In this document: positions 54,016 through 64,000 of the stretch, piece by piece
Numbering within the stretch: the first letter of the stretch is position 1
Layout: the number at the start of each line of letters is the position of its first letter
Assembly (NCBI RefSeq): GCF_006345805.1
Contig: NC_042997.1
Span: forward strand, 99,572,001-99,636,000
Reading direction: 5' to 3'
DNA: 64,000 bases
Origin: Octopus sinensis
Taxonomy: Eukaryota
Translations under genes and position numbers: made by a program
Notes under the pieces: generated by a model
The model's database searches: none
The model's input: the letters and a program-made list of their open reading frames with translations, nothing else
What the model was told of the DNA's origin: nothing

Positions 54016-54534
54016 TACAAAATTAGAGAATGGAGAAACATACTTAAATCAATAAAACATCAACTATCCGATGATACCCAATCAATACTTAATACACCAT
54101 TACATATGAGTAAAGGCATTATATAAAATGAGATATACAGTAATAGTAAAAAGATAAAGAGATATAAGTAAAAAATTTTCAAATATAATATGCAATTAAA
54201 TCAAAACTGACAGCTGTTTCGGCAGTGAGGGCAGTCATACCTCATTTAACCTCCTTGTTAATGCCTCATTTATACCTGCCTTTATGGCTAAGAGGTTAAA
54301 TGAGGTATGACTGCCCTCACTGCCGAAACAGCTGTCAGTTTTGATTTAATTGCATATTATATTTGAAAATTTTTTACTTATATCTCTTTATCTTTTTACT
54401 ATTACTGTATATCTCATTTTATATAATGCCTTTACTCATATGTAATGGTGTATTAAAGTATTGATTGGGTATCATCGGATAGTTGATGTTTTATTGATTT
54501 AAGTATGTTTCTCCATTCTCTAATTTTGTAGTAT
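54012..54534. mobile_element. 523-bp foldback element (242/243-bp arms, 38-bp spacer)
   Basis: Arms 54012-54253 and 54292-54534 are reverse complements apart from one 1-bp indel that I could find; TA|CTAC...GTAG|TA ends. Confidence 0.92.
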
Positions 54535-55008
54535 TAATTTACGGTAATATTATTACCTTTACCCATATAATACAATAGATGAACTGATTGTTTGACAATT
54601 TTTAACATCTATGTATTAATCTTGTTGGGTACCTATCTGGCAGTATATTGGATATATATTATCCCATGGTGGGTTGAATTTTCAACCCCTATCTCATTTT
54701 ATAATATATATATATATATATATCTTTATAAAATGTATGTATGTAAATATGTATATGTATGTATTATGCACACATACGCTTATGCACACATACACACACA
54801 CAACATATACATGTACATATATATATACACAACTATATATAAGCATATACACACGCACACACACACACATACACACACACACAAACATGAGAGTTAAACC
54901 GGAAGTAATGGAGAAGTGAGTATAACTTTTATACTAACTGACATAGGGTTAACCAAATTGCACATGTTGGTTAAATAACTGTTTTCTCCCTACAAAGGCG
55001 TTACTCAT

Positions 55009-56264
55009 CATAGGAAGTTCAATAAGTAATGCCCCTGACCCACTTGCAGTTGTTTGATCTAGCTGAAATTTTGCATGTGCAATTATTTATATCTCTATAG
55101 ATTAAGTGGCAAATTATTGTGGTTTCTGATTTACAGGTTTTTAAACTGAGTCAAGTGTGAAATGGAGCCTGTTGAGTGTCGAGCAATGATCCGGTTTTTG
55201 TATTTGAAAGGACGCACACCACGGGAGACTTTTGATGAAATCAAATTAACTTATGGTGATGATGCCCCATCATATGACCTTGTAAAACGCTGGCGTCGTG
55301 AATTCAAACATGGTCGGAACTCTGTGAAAACAGCTCCCAGATCTGGTCGCCCCCCTTCTGCCATTGATGAGGCATCTGTCCGTCAAGTTGAGGCTGCCAT
55401 TTTGGACGATTGACGCATAACTATTCGCCAAATAGCCCATGAGGTCAACATTAGTACCGGGTCTGTGGAAACTATCATTCATGACCATTTGCATATGCAA
55501 AAGGTGTCTGCCAGATGGATTCCCAGGTTGCTCACACCTTTCCAGAAGCAAGAACGCGTCGAGTGCTCGAGGATGAATTTGGAGATGTGCCAAGAAGATG
55601 AGTCACAATTTTTCAAAAGACTGATTACACAGGATGAAACCTGGGTCATCACTATGATCCAGAGACCAAAGCCCAGTCAATGCAGTGGAAGCACCGTGAC
55701 TCACCTCCTCCAAAGAAGGCTAGGATGCAGCCCTCCGCTGGCAAGGCCATGCTCACAGTCTTCTGGGACCAGGACGGAGTAGTGATGACAGATTTCCTGG
55801 CAAAGGGTACCACAATTACAGGAGCCTATTATGCCTCACTTTTGAGGAAATTAAGAGAAGCTATCAAAATCAAGAGGCGGGGCAAGATCAGCAAAGGCAT
55901 CCTCCTCCTGCAGGACAACGCTCCGGTCCACAACTCATGTGTCACCAGACCAGAAGCACAGGCGTGCGGCTATGAACTCCTGACCTTGCACCCTCTGATT
56001 TTCACCTCTTCCCAGTCATGAAGTTGTTTTTGAAAGGAAAACGCTTCCCAGATGATGCAGCTTTGATTTCTGAAGTAGCGTCCTGGTTGGAGGACCAAGC
56101 TGGGGTCTTCTAAAAAAACGGTCTCCAGAGCTGCATCAAACGATGGGAGAAATGCGTAACTCTGAGTGGTTCCTATGTAGAAAACGACTAATAACTGTGC
56201 CAAGTTTCGTTGCTCTACTGCTATGGGAAGTGGGTCAGGGGTATTACTTATTGAACGCCCCTCG
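55009..56264 (+). mobile_element. Mariner (DD34D, irritans/Himar-like) element, near full length
   Basis: TIR gttcaataagtaatRcccctgacccactt, right end gcccctcg|TA, left tip decayed; transposase 55162-~56191: SGRP, ARWIPRLLT, ITQDETWV, TVFWD, LQDNAPVH, DLAPSDFHLF; stops, frameshifts, PHPPYSP codons missing. Confidence 0.92.
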
Positions 56265-56266
56265 TA

Positions 56267-56690
56267 GCTTTTATCAAAATGCATTTGCTCCACCGTTGAA
56301 CCAAACCCTCGAATGCTCTTTGGAAAAATTTTAATGTAAAGTTATGTCCACTTTTCTTCACAATCTCGCTGTCTGTGTAATCAAAAATTTTTCCCGAAGA
56401 TTGTCCTTCATTGGACCGAACAGGTGGAAGTCGGAGGACGTCAAACATGGGCTGTATGGTGGAACACTAACTAACCCAGTTCTCCAATTGCTTGAGTTGT
56501 CGTATTTTGTCATGATGCGAGTCATTTTCAGATGCTTCTTCGAGTTTTTTTTGTGTTTTTTTTTTCTTCCTAATAATTTTTCTAACCATTTAGGGTGCCT
56601 CAGTGTGCCGCTTATTGTTCATGGTACAGTCACGTTCCAGAAAATCAACAGGGTGTGCCAAATCTAGTACAATATTCATTCAGTAGAGAT
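56267..56690 (-). mobile_element. Second mariner, C-terminal fragment
   Basis: DFLERDCTMN, HHDKIR (HHDNAR-like), PPYSPCLTSSDFHLFGPMK, AFEGLVQRWSKCI; ends exactly at the right TA of the 55009-56264 element. Confidence 0.7.
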
Positions 56691-56738
56691 ATTGCTCTTT
56701 CATTGTAATTGAAGCATGCGCGTTGTATTCCCGCCTAA

Positions 56739-57129
56739 TCTCTATATATAAAGCTGAAGTTGTCTGTGTATGGCAGATTTGGTAGCCTTCAACTAACACT
56801 ATCTCCTCCGAGATCCTGCGGCGCAAGTTGACCAAAATTGAGAGTATGATAGAAGAAGGCTTGTTCTTCCTTCTGTGGAAGAAAAATTCAAATCGGATCA
56901 TGTTAACACCAAAAATTATTTACATCAAAAAGGTGCTTTTTTTCTATGAAAATCCCTATTTTTTACGATTTTTTTACTGCTGTGTCGCCATTTTTCGGTG
57001 TATTTCAACCATAAAAATGTTCATTAAAAGAGGATAACAAGCTACATAAGGCAAAATTTTTACTTTTCAAAAGTTCAATTTTTCTAAAGGATCGAAATAA
57101 ACCCGAGCAACACCAGGCGATACTGCTAG
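56739..57129 (+). mobile_element. Non-autonomous Helitron, 391 bp (family H390)
   Basis: A|TCTCTATATATAAAGCTG start; acccgagcaacaccagg hairpin relic; CTAG|T end. Confidence 0.88.
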
Positions 57130-57929
57130 TACAGAATAAAGTTTACTGTATGTCGTCGCCGTTATTGGAACACCTCACACACAAATAACATTGCACTTTG
57201 GAGACCTATTACCCGTCAACCAGAAGAAATAAGGTAGACGTTGTGTCCAAACCAGCACCGAAACGGCTAGAGTTTATTTGATCTCACAATCGATGAGCTG
57301 CTGATTGCGTAATACTTCATCTCCTTGGTCATTTGGCTTCTGCTAAGCACAAACACAAAGTATTAATTAGTTAGAGCAGGAATTGGCAAAATATGACTCT
57401 CCGGAAACTTTAGTGAAATATTTGGCAGATTGCCACGACGTAAAGAAAGAAAGTGCCGGAGCCGACAGTGAGTGACTAAGTGAGGGTGAGAGAATCTTAA
57501 TTATTTATAATCCTATTAACAAACTAAAATAGCCGAATCATCAATAATAGGTGTGAAAAGTATAGCTTCAAATTAGCTGTTCATGGAAGGATGCCTCGTT
57601 CTCTGATAGAGAGAAACGCCTGCTTGCATTTCGGTTGGTTGTGTTGCTGTAGACATGACTAATGTATAAAAAGTGAAAATAATTTTGTTTTCTTTTCTTT
57701 TTCTGTGTCTCAATTTTGTTTTTTATATGATTTATTTGACATTCTAATAAACTTGATAACTCCAAGCGTTCACTAGTTTTTTTTTTAATTTTCTTCTTTT
57801 TTTTTTTCAATTATGTATACCCTTTTTATGGATTTCTATAAACAGATACACAAAATACTCTTGAAGTCATGTACATTAATGTTTTTTTGTGATGTTTTAT
57901 TTTGTTTTGTTTCGGTGGGGTGAGATATT

Positions 57930-58165
57930 CTTATTTCTTTATTGCCCACAAGGGGCTAAACACAGAGGGGACAAACAAAGACAGACAAAGGGATTAAGTC
58001 GATTATATCAACCCCAGTGCGTAACTGGTACTTAATTTATCGACCCCGAAAGGATGAAAGGCAAAGTCGACCTCGGCGGAATTCGAACTCAGAACGTAGC
58101 GGCAGACGAAATACTGCTAAGCATTTCGCCCAGCGTGCTAACGTTTCTGCCAGCTCGCCGCCTTT
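57930..58165 (-). mobile_element. SINE-A full length, tail type 1, with ~14-bp TSD
   Basis: Head ggcggcgagctggcagaaacgttagc, tail ttgtcccctctgtgtttagccccttgtgggcaataaagaaataag; TSD tggggtgagatatt / tggggcgcgatatt (12/14). Confidence 0.9.
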
Positions 58166-58302
58166 TGGGGCGCGATATTTTGTTGCGGTTTTTCAGTTTG
58201 CAAAGTTTGATAATCTAAGCAGATCGAGAGCGGAACCATTATTCTAAAATCTGAACTATTATTCCCTTTGCACGTAGTTCACATATTTATTGCTGGAAAA
58301 GG

Positions 58303-58314
58303 AGTAGTAGTAAT

Positions 58315-58376
<62 letters not shown>

Positions 58377-58620
58377 CAGCAGCAGCAGCGGCGGCGGCAG
58401 CAGCGGCGGCGGCAGCAGCGGCGGCGGCGGCAGCAGCAGCGGCGGCGGCGGCAGCAGCAGCGGCGGCGGCAACGGCAGCGGCAGCGGCGGCAGCGGCGGC
58501 GGCGGCAGCGGCAGCGGCGGCAGCGGCGGCAGCGGCGGCAGCGGCGGCAGCGGCGGCAGCGCGGCAGCGGCGGCAGCGGCGGCGGCGGAGGCGGCGGCAG
58601 CGGTAGCGGCGGCGGCGGCG

Positions 58621-58672
<52 letters not shown>

Positions 58673-58700
58673 CAGCAGCAGCAGCTGTTGTTGTTGTTGT
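58303..58700. repeat. Compound (GTA)/(GCA)/(GCG) trinucleotide tract, GC- and CpG-rich core
   Basis: Read directly; generates the poly-Ala/Pro/Leu ORFs in the track. Confidence 0.95.
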
Positions 58701-60421
58701 TTGTAATAGCTTCATTGCTATATGCCTTTACTGTATATGAAAGTATTTCCATGTATGACGTGGGGAATTAAGCTGCGTACGTACTTAACTTAATACCTCT
58801 TTCACAAAAATGAATTTTACGTATACTTTTTTCTTTGTTAATTTTTGTGTTTCAGTTTTGTTTTATTTTTCATTTTATTTTTTATGTTTTTTGTTTTTTG
58901 TTTTGTTTTTTGTTTGTTTTTGTTTTTGTTTTTTTTTTGCTTATTAATTATTGATTAAAAAGAAACTGGACATCCTAACTTCAATAGTTTTCAACCATAA
59001 AAGACTCTCATGGAATCAATGAAACAAAAAAAAATGTGACATAATCAGTGGCACTTCCTTGTTTTGATGGCTGTATATGTTACACGTTGTGAACTATGTT
59101 ATCGCTGTGCTATATGTACACTCAGAATTTTTTCTAATCCTTATATTTGAAATAAGCAAATTACAATACTTTTTTAAGACCTGAATCCGTCACTCCCTAT
59201 CTCTAACAAATCTCTGCGTCCAGGGTACATTATATACCAACTTCACTATGAAGGTTGACATTCTGCACTTCCTCAGAAGCCACTCTGCCTAACACTTACA
59301 AGACCACCAGTTATTGAACTACGAATATTTCACCAATTCTCGCGCATATGAATACCGCAAGCTTTTTAATGTACATAACGTTCTCGTTAGTTGTTTCTGC
59401 CTAGATAACATTACATGCGGGAACAGAAAAAAACACACTCCAACGCAGTCCCTATTCCAGATACCCGCTTGGAACTGGCGGAATCAATCCATCTATCCAT
59501 TAAAATGACTCTGCCTTCCCAGGACCTTCTCCACTCCATTTTATGGTATTCTGAGCAACTACATGAGACTCATAGCCAACAATTTTAAGGAAAGATTAAC
59601 TTAGCATGTGTACTCCTTTAAGTTCAGAGAAAGAAAAATTCCACCTTCCTGTCTCATTTTATCTGGAAACTTTGAGATCAGAGAAATGCTTTGCACAGAA
59701 GTACATTTGACATGAGTCTTTCTTAATCATCCGAGCACATAGTGATCTTCATCTCTCTAAGAAACTGCACGTTTTGCAGCAGCCTACTATGTCCCTTAAA
59801 AAAAGACTCTAAACTTTCATGCCAACTTCTAACAAACCGTCCAACCCATGCCAGTATGGAAAACGAAAGTTAAATGATGATCATGATGATGAGACATACA
59901 GGTATGTATGTATGTATGTATGTCCATATACTTAGGCCTTTAACCACAAAATTATATCAGAATAAAACTAATTGTTCTAACATGCAGAATTGATTATCTT
60001 ACTGAGTGTTGCAAAGAAACGTTTATATCGCAATATTACCAGACATTTATATAAAGGTTATATAAAAAGAAGTAAATGTTGAGTATGACAAGCGAAAAAA
60101 AAGTAGTTTGGTGATCGGGTAAAATATTACATCTTCATACCAAAGCAGTTTTATCCAGTCTGAAGGGCATTAATTATGCAAATAATGTGTGAAAATGTGG
60201 CATTTGAAGCAAGATTTTATTTGCAGTCTATAAATAAATAGCCGCTAATTACAGAGCTGAGTATTGAATCATGGTTCAAAGACCACAAACTACAAATATA
60301 TTTTGCCAAGTAAACTGAGAATTTTCTACGTAGCCGTTCTACTTGTTAGAGTTAACAATCAAATTTATATCAATTTGTACCTCACTGACTTTAAAAAGTA
60401 AAAAGACATTCTGGTAATGTA

Positions 60422-61330
60422 CAGGGTGGCCCGAAAGTCTTGTCATCACATGTAAATATTGTTTTAATTTTTTTATTTCAGATGGCTAACCCGAGATCCT
60501 ACAGTTTGGAAGAGAAGTTGATTGCAAGTGTATGGGCACATTCTGGCATTCTGGCAAGAACATGGAGGATGTGCGACATGACTTCACTGCAAGATTCAGC
60601 AGGCTATCCCCTCCGAAGAAGACGATACGGCGTTGAGAACATAAACTGTTTCTGACAGGATCAATTAAGGACAAACCGAGGACAAGGCAACCCTCAACTC
60701 GAAGGGACACATGTACAGATGTGGCGGCATCTGTGCTACCATGAACCTCGAAGTCACTACGAAATTGGTCTTCTGAGCTACGAATTCTAAAAGCTACAAT
60801 GTTAACACATATGACAAAGGACCTTCATTTGAAATTGTTCAGGCCAACGTTCATCAACAAACTAAGCGATAACGACAGAGACAAAATATGTGTGGCATGT
60901 TTCTTGATACGTTTCCAACAATCCTACAACGTGCAATTTACCATAGTGGCCGGGCTAGGAATATTTATTTCTGGAGTCAAGAAAATCCGCACTATTACGA
61001 AGAACTGGAACACAACCCACCCCTACATCTGATGAGTTGGGTCGCTATATCGAGTAAACACTTCATAGGACCCTATTCCTTCGAGGGCTCTGTTAACTAG
61101 TATTCTAACCTTGCCATGTTAAGAGATTGAATGGGATTTCAATGATTGTTGGTTTCAACAAGATGGTGCCCCACCCCCACAGTGCCATCAATGCCAGGGA
61201 ATACCTGAATGAGGTTTTACGGGATAGATGGATGGGGTGAGGATCACAACAACTTCTAGCATCTTTCGATGGTCCTCCCAGAAGTACGGACCTCACGTAG
61301 CGGAAGAGTGCAAATCTACGATAGAAGTTC
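60422..61330 (+). mobile_element. DD41D/rosa(Visitor)-like Tc1/mariner relic
   Basis: TA|cagggtggcccgaaag left end; tttcagATG; HTH-like N-terminus (RHDFTARFSRLSPPKKTIRR), NIYFWSQENPH, WVAISS..IGPY.FEG, WFQQDGAPPH, RWMG, PPRSTDLT; right TIR not found. Confidence 0.75.
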
Positions 61331-61689
61331 CCTCTTCAGCCCTGTTCCAATATGGAACCAAAGCTTTAAGTTTGACACTATGTTATGCTACATCGTTTAT
61401 GGTGAACCACCAAGGAAGCCTATCCATAGTCATTTGATTTAATAAAAGTACCAGCTAAATATCCCTCAAATTAAACCCTATTGCGTTATATGTGGGAAGA
61501 CACGTTGGTTAATGTAGTTTTTGGTCTATTATGCTCCGGGAAAAATATAGGACGATCTGGTTTGAATGACTCTGATCATAGATTTGTTCTTGTAGAACTG
61601 ACATGGTGGTGCGGATGACATGAACACGAGCCTTAATTGCAAGGCGGAACAGAAGTATATTGAAAAGAAGTCACTCATTCTCTTTTACT

Positions 61690-61808
61690 ATATAAGTTCT
61701 TCATATAAGCTGGCTTCATATCCTCTCCACCCAGAATACCTCTCTCTCCACAAACCATCATCAATCTTAGTGTTTCAACAGACCTCGCACGAAATACTAC
61801 CCCCGCTA

Positions 61809-61846
<38 letters not shown>

Positions 61847-61935
61847 TATTCCACGGAACTGCACCTTTTGGAATTCTCAACTCACCCATGCTTTCATACA
61901 AGCATTAACCTACAAATGTTCAAGTTTAATGTTAC
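61690..61935 (+). mobile_element. CR1/Jockey-group LINE C-terminal fragment split by (CA)n
   Basis: FIPRNCTFWNS...NLQMFKFNV resembles the FxPRTxxLWNSLP...FK C-terminal motif. Confidence 0.45.
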
Positions 61936-62689
61936 CTGCACCAAGCACGCCCACCTGGGAAGAACTCAAAAGTTTATAAACATTGTTCTTCCTCTTCTAT
62001 CTAAATTATTTAATAAGAAAGCTCGAGAATCTCTGTGCCGAAATACCCTCAAAAAGGTGATAACTTTCGATTGGTTTCATTCATAGTTGTTTGAAAGAGT
62101 GACGTGAAGTAGGTGGATGATACAAAGGAGAAAAGAAACTCATTCTAACGAAGGGATGAAATAAAGAGAATCCTCCAAAAACAAACCAAGGCAAGCTGTT
62201 ATTTAAAGGACTATCAGATATACACAAGTAAAGGAGACTATTTCCAGACAAGCAAAACGGGGCCTGTAAGAAGACTCTCTCCTGATAACTCTCCCGCCTT
62301 TTTTTCCTTCACATCATAAGACACCGCTTCACGAAACTATTCCCACCTGGAGTGGGTGTTGGTAGCAGATAAATTTTCTAACAAGGAAAATCTATCCCTT
62401 CCACAAGAAGCACAATAGGTGTCTATGTTTGTCAACTATTCTGTGTTAGTGTCGTTGGACCTGCACAAATTTGGAAAGATCTAATCAACACAAACTCTGC
62501 ACGTGTTACACACTGTAGCGAGTTAGATATAGATCGGTCTTCGGAGGTACTCAAGTCGCTTTAGGGTCAGTTAAATGTGTACCACAAAAGTTAGTCATCA
62601 TTACTTAGCATCCTTAACGCAGCCGATTCTGGTCCCATCTTCAGAGACTAGAATGCTGCATTATACGGTTAGTCTCTGAGTGGTCATCA

Positions 62690-62890
62690 AAGTATTCGAA
62701 CGCATATAAATACTACTTGGTATCATGTACTCGACCCATAGAGATATAAAGTAGATATATGACAGTCATTAAGATGTTCGCTTCACAATCACGTGGTTCT
62801 GGTTTTGTGCCCATAGCATGGCATCTTTGGTAAGTGTCTTCTACTATACACAGCTTCGAGTGGAAATGAATAGACGGAAATTGCGCAGAA
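62690..62890 (+). mobile_element. Degenerate SINE-B 5' half
   Basis: cacgtggttctggtttt..catctttggtaagtgtcttctactat..gacggaaa. Confidence 0.55.
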
Positions 62891-63568
62891 GGCCACAAGA
62901 TTTATTCTACTTGTTCTCGGACGTTATGTTTAATGCGGCCCTCAGTTTAACACCGCTCCGCTGCAAACATTCCTACCAGGTCTCTTGTTTGTGGATAACC
63001 TATTAATTTTTCCCTCTTCCACACCAGTTTCAGACGTCTTGCAAAAAGGTCATGAACGTAACCCTTCTCTCTCAAAACCATATGTATATGCACGCGCATT
63101 CATGCGTGTGCGTGTGTGTGTAGTTCTGCAGATAATTTAAATTCATTGAAAACAGAAAACCTGTAAAAATGAAAGTAAAACTTATGCAATAAAATTATAA
63201 TGTAAATTTGAAAGCATAGAAATACGAATAGCTGAAGTAGACGAAAAATAGCGATAGGTATATTACAAGGGGAACAACTCAAATAGGAAAGTGGTGCGAA
63301 TGAGATCTATATCTGTGGAGTTTGCTAAAGAAATCGTTTAAAGGAAAGTAATTACTGGATAAGCCTACTCTAGACCTTGGACTCAAGGGCTAGGATAGGC
63401 TTTTGGAAAGTAACGAAGCCTTTTAGACCAAAATATCGAATTATCTTGGCTAGCTTTGTTTTGGGATCATGGACTGTAATACACTAAATTCGCCACTTAG
63501 TAAAAAAAAAAACCACACTGAACTGAATGACAAGAGAAGGCCGTTAAATATAACTGACGTATGTGTGT

Positions 63569-63800
63569 GGAGGTGCGTATTTTAGTGGTTCGGATGGTGC
63601 TCTCATGATCGTAAGATTGTGGTTTCAATTCTTGGATCAGACGATGCGTTGAGTTCTTGAGCCAAAACACAATATTTTACACTGTTCCAGTCCACTCAGC
63701 TGACAAAAAAGATTAATCTTACGACAGACTGGCGTACCGTCCAAGATGAGGAATATATACGCCGCAGAATTCGGAGAACTAGCCTTCTGAGCCTATGGAA
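63569..63800 (+). mobile_element. SINE-C copy
   Basis: Collinear with 9692-9937 (catgatcgtaagattgtggtttcaattc..gatgcgttg..gttcttgag..ccagtccactcagctg). Confidence 0.65.
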
Positions 63801-64000
63801 CGGGAAAGATCTTTGATCCTTTTAATGCCTGACCGAATTTATTGTCCACCGAGTTGTGAAATAGATGCCACTAGAGAAAGCTGTTGTTATGCTGTTTATA
63901 CATTAGATAACTGTCCAAAATAAGCTGTTCTTAAAAGAAAAGGAAATTATTTGCACACTGATATATATTCAGACCAGAGTCGCCATCTTAGTTGTTATAG

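Noticed and set aside
54205-54345. Hammerhead ribozyme in the palindrome centre (gccgaaacagctgtc)
   Set aside because: GAAAC is present but there is no CTGANGA core in register.

Overview
AT-rich, microsatellite-dense eukaryotic DNA in which I could not support any host protein-coding exon, RNA gene or CRISPR array; it reads as a giant intron or intergenic interval made mostly of decayed transposons. From recalled SINE sequences it most resembles an octopod cephalopod (Octopus) genome; this is an inference, not verified. Nearly all supplied ORFs are microsatellite translations or fragments of dead elements. Retroelements: a 5'-truncated Tx1/L1-clade LINE (2393-6725, minus) abutting a Penelope-like RT relic, an R4/Dong-type RLE LINE 3' fragment, RTE and CR1-like fragments, and three tRNA-derived SINE families in many copies. 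DNA elements: non-autonomous Helitrons (three ~390 bp copies and one 765 bp), several mariner relics, a complete-ended DD36E (Incomer-like) Tc1 element, a DD41D-like relic and several MITEs/foldbacks. Most interesting: (1) the Tx1 LINE 3' terminus matches the 3' tail of the commonest SINE (candidate LINE-SINE partnership); (2) the DD36E element; (3) an 8-bp-TSD, GG-ended MITE carrying a TTAGGG tract; (4) a cluster of foldbacks at 52.7-54.5 kb including a 523-bp almost perfect palindrome; (5) a mariner MITE built from two 5' ends. All coordinates, translations and identities were read by eye.
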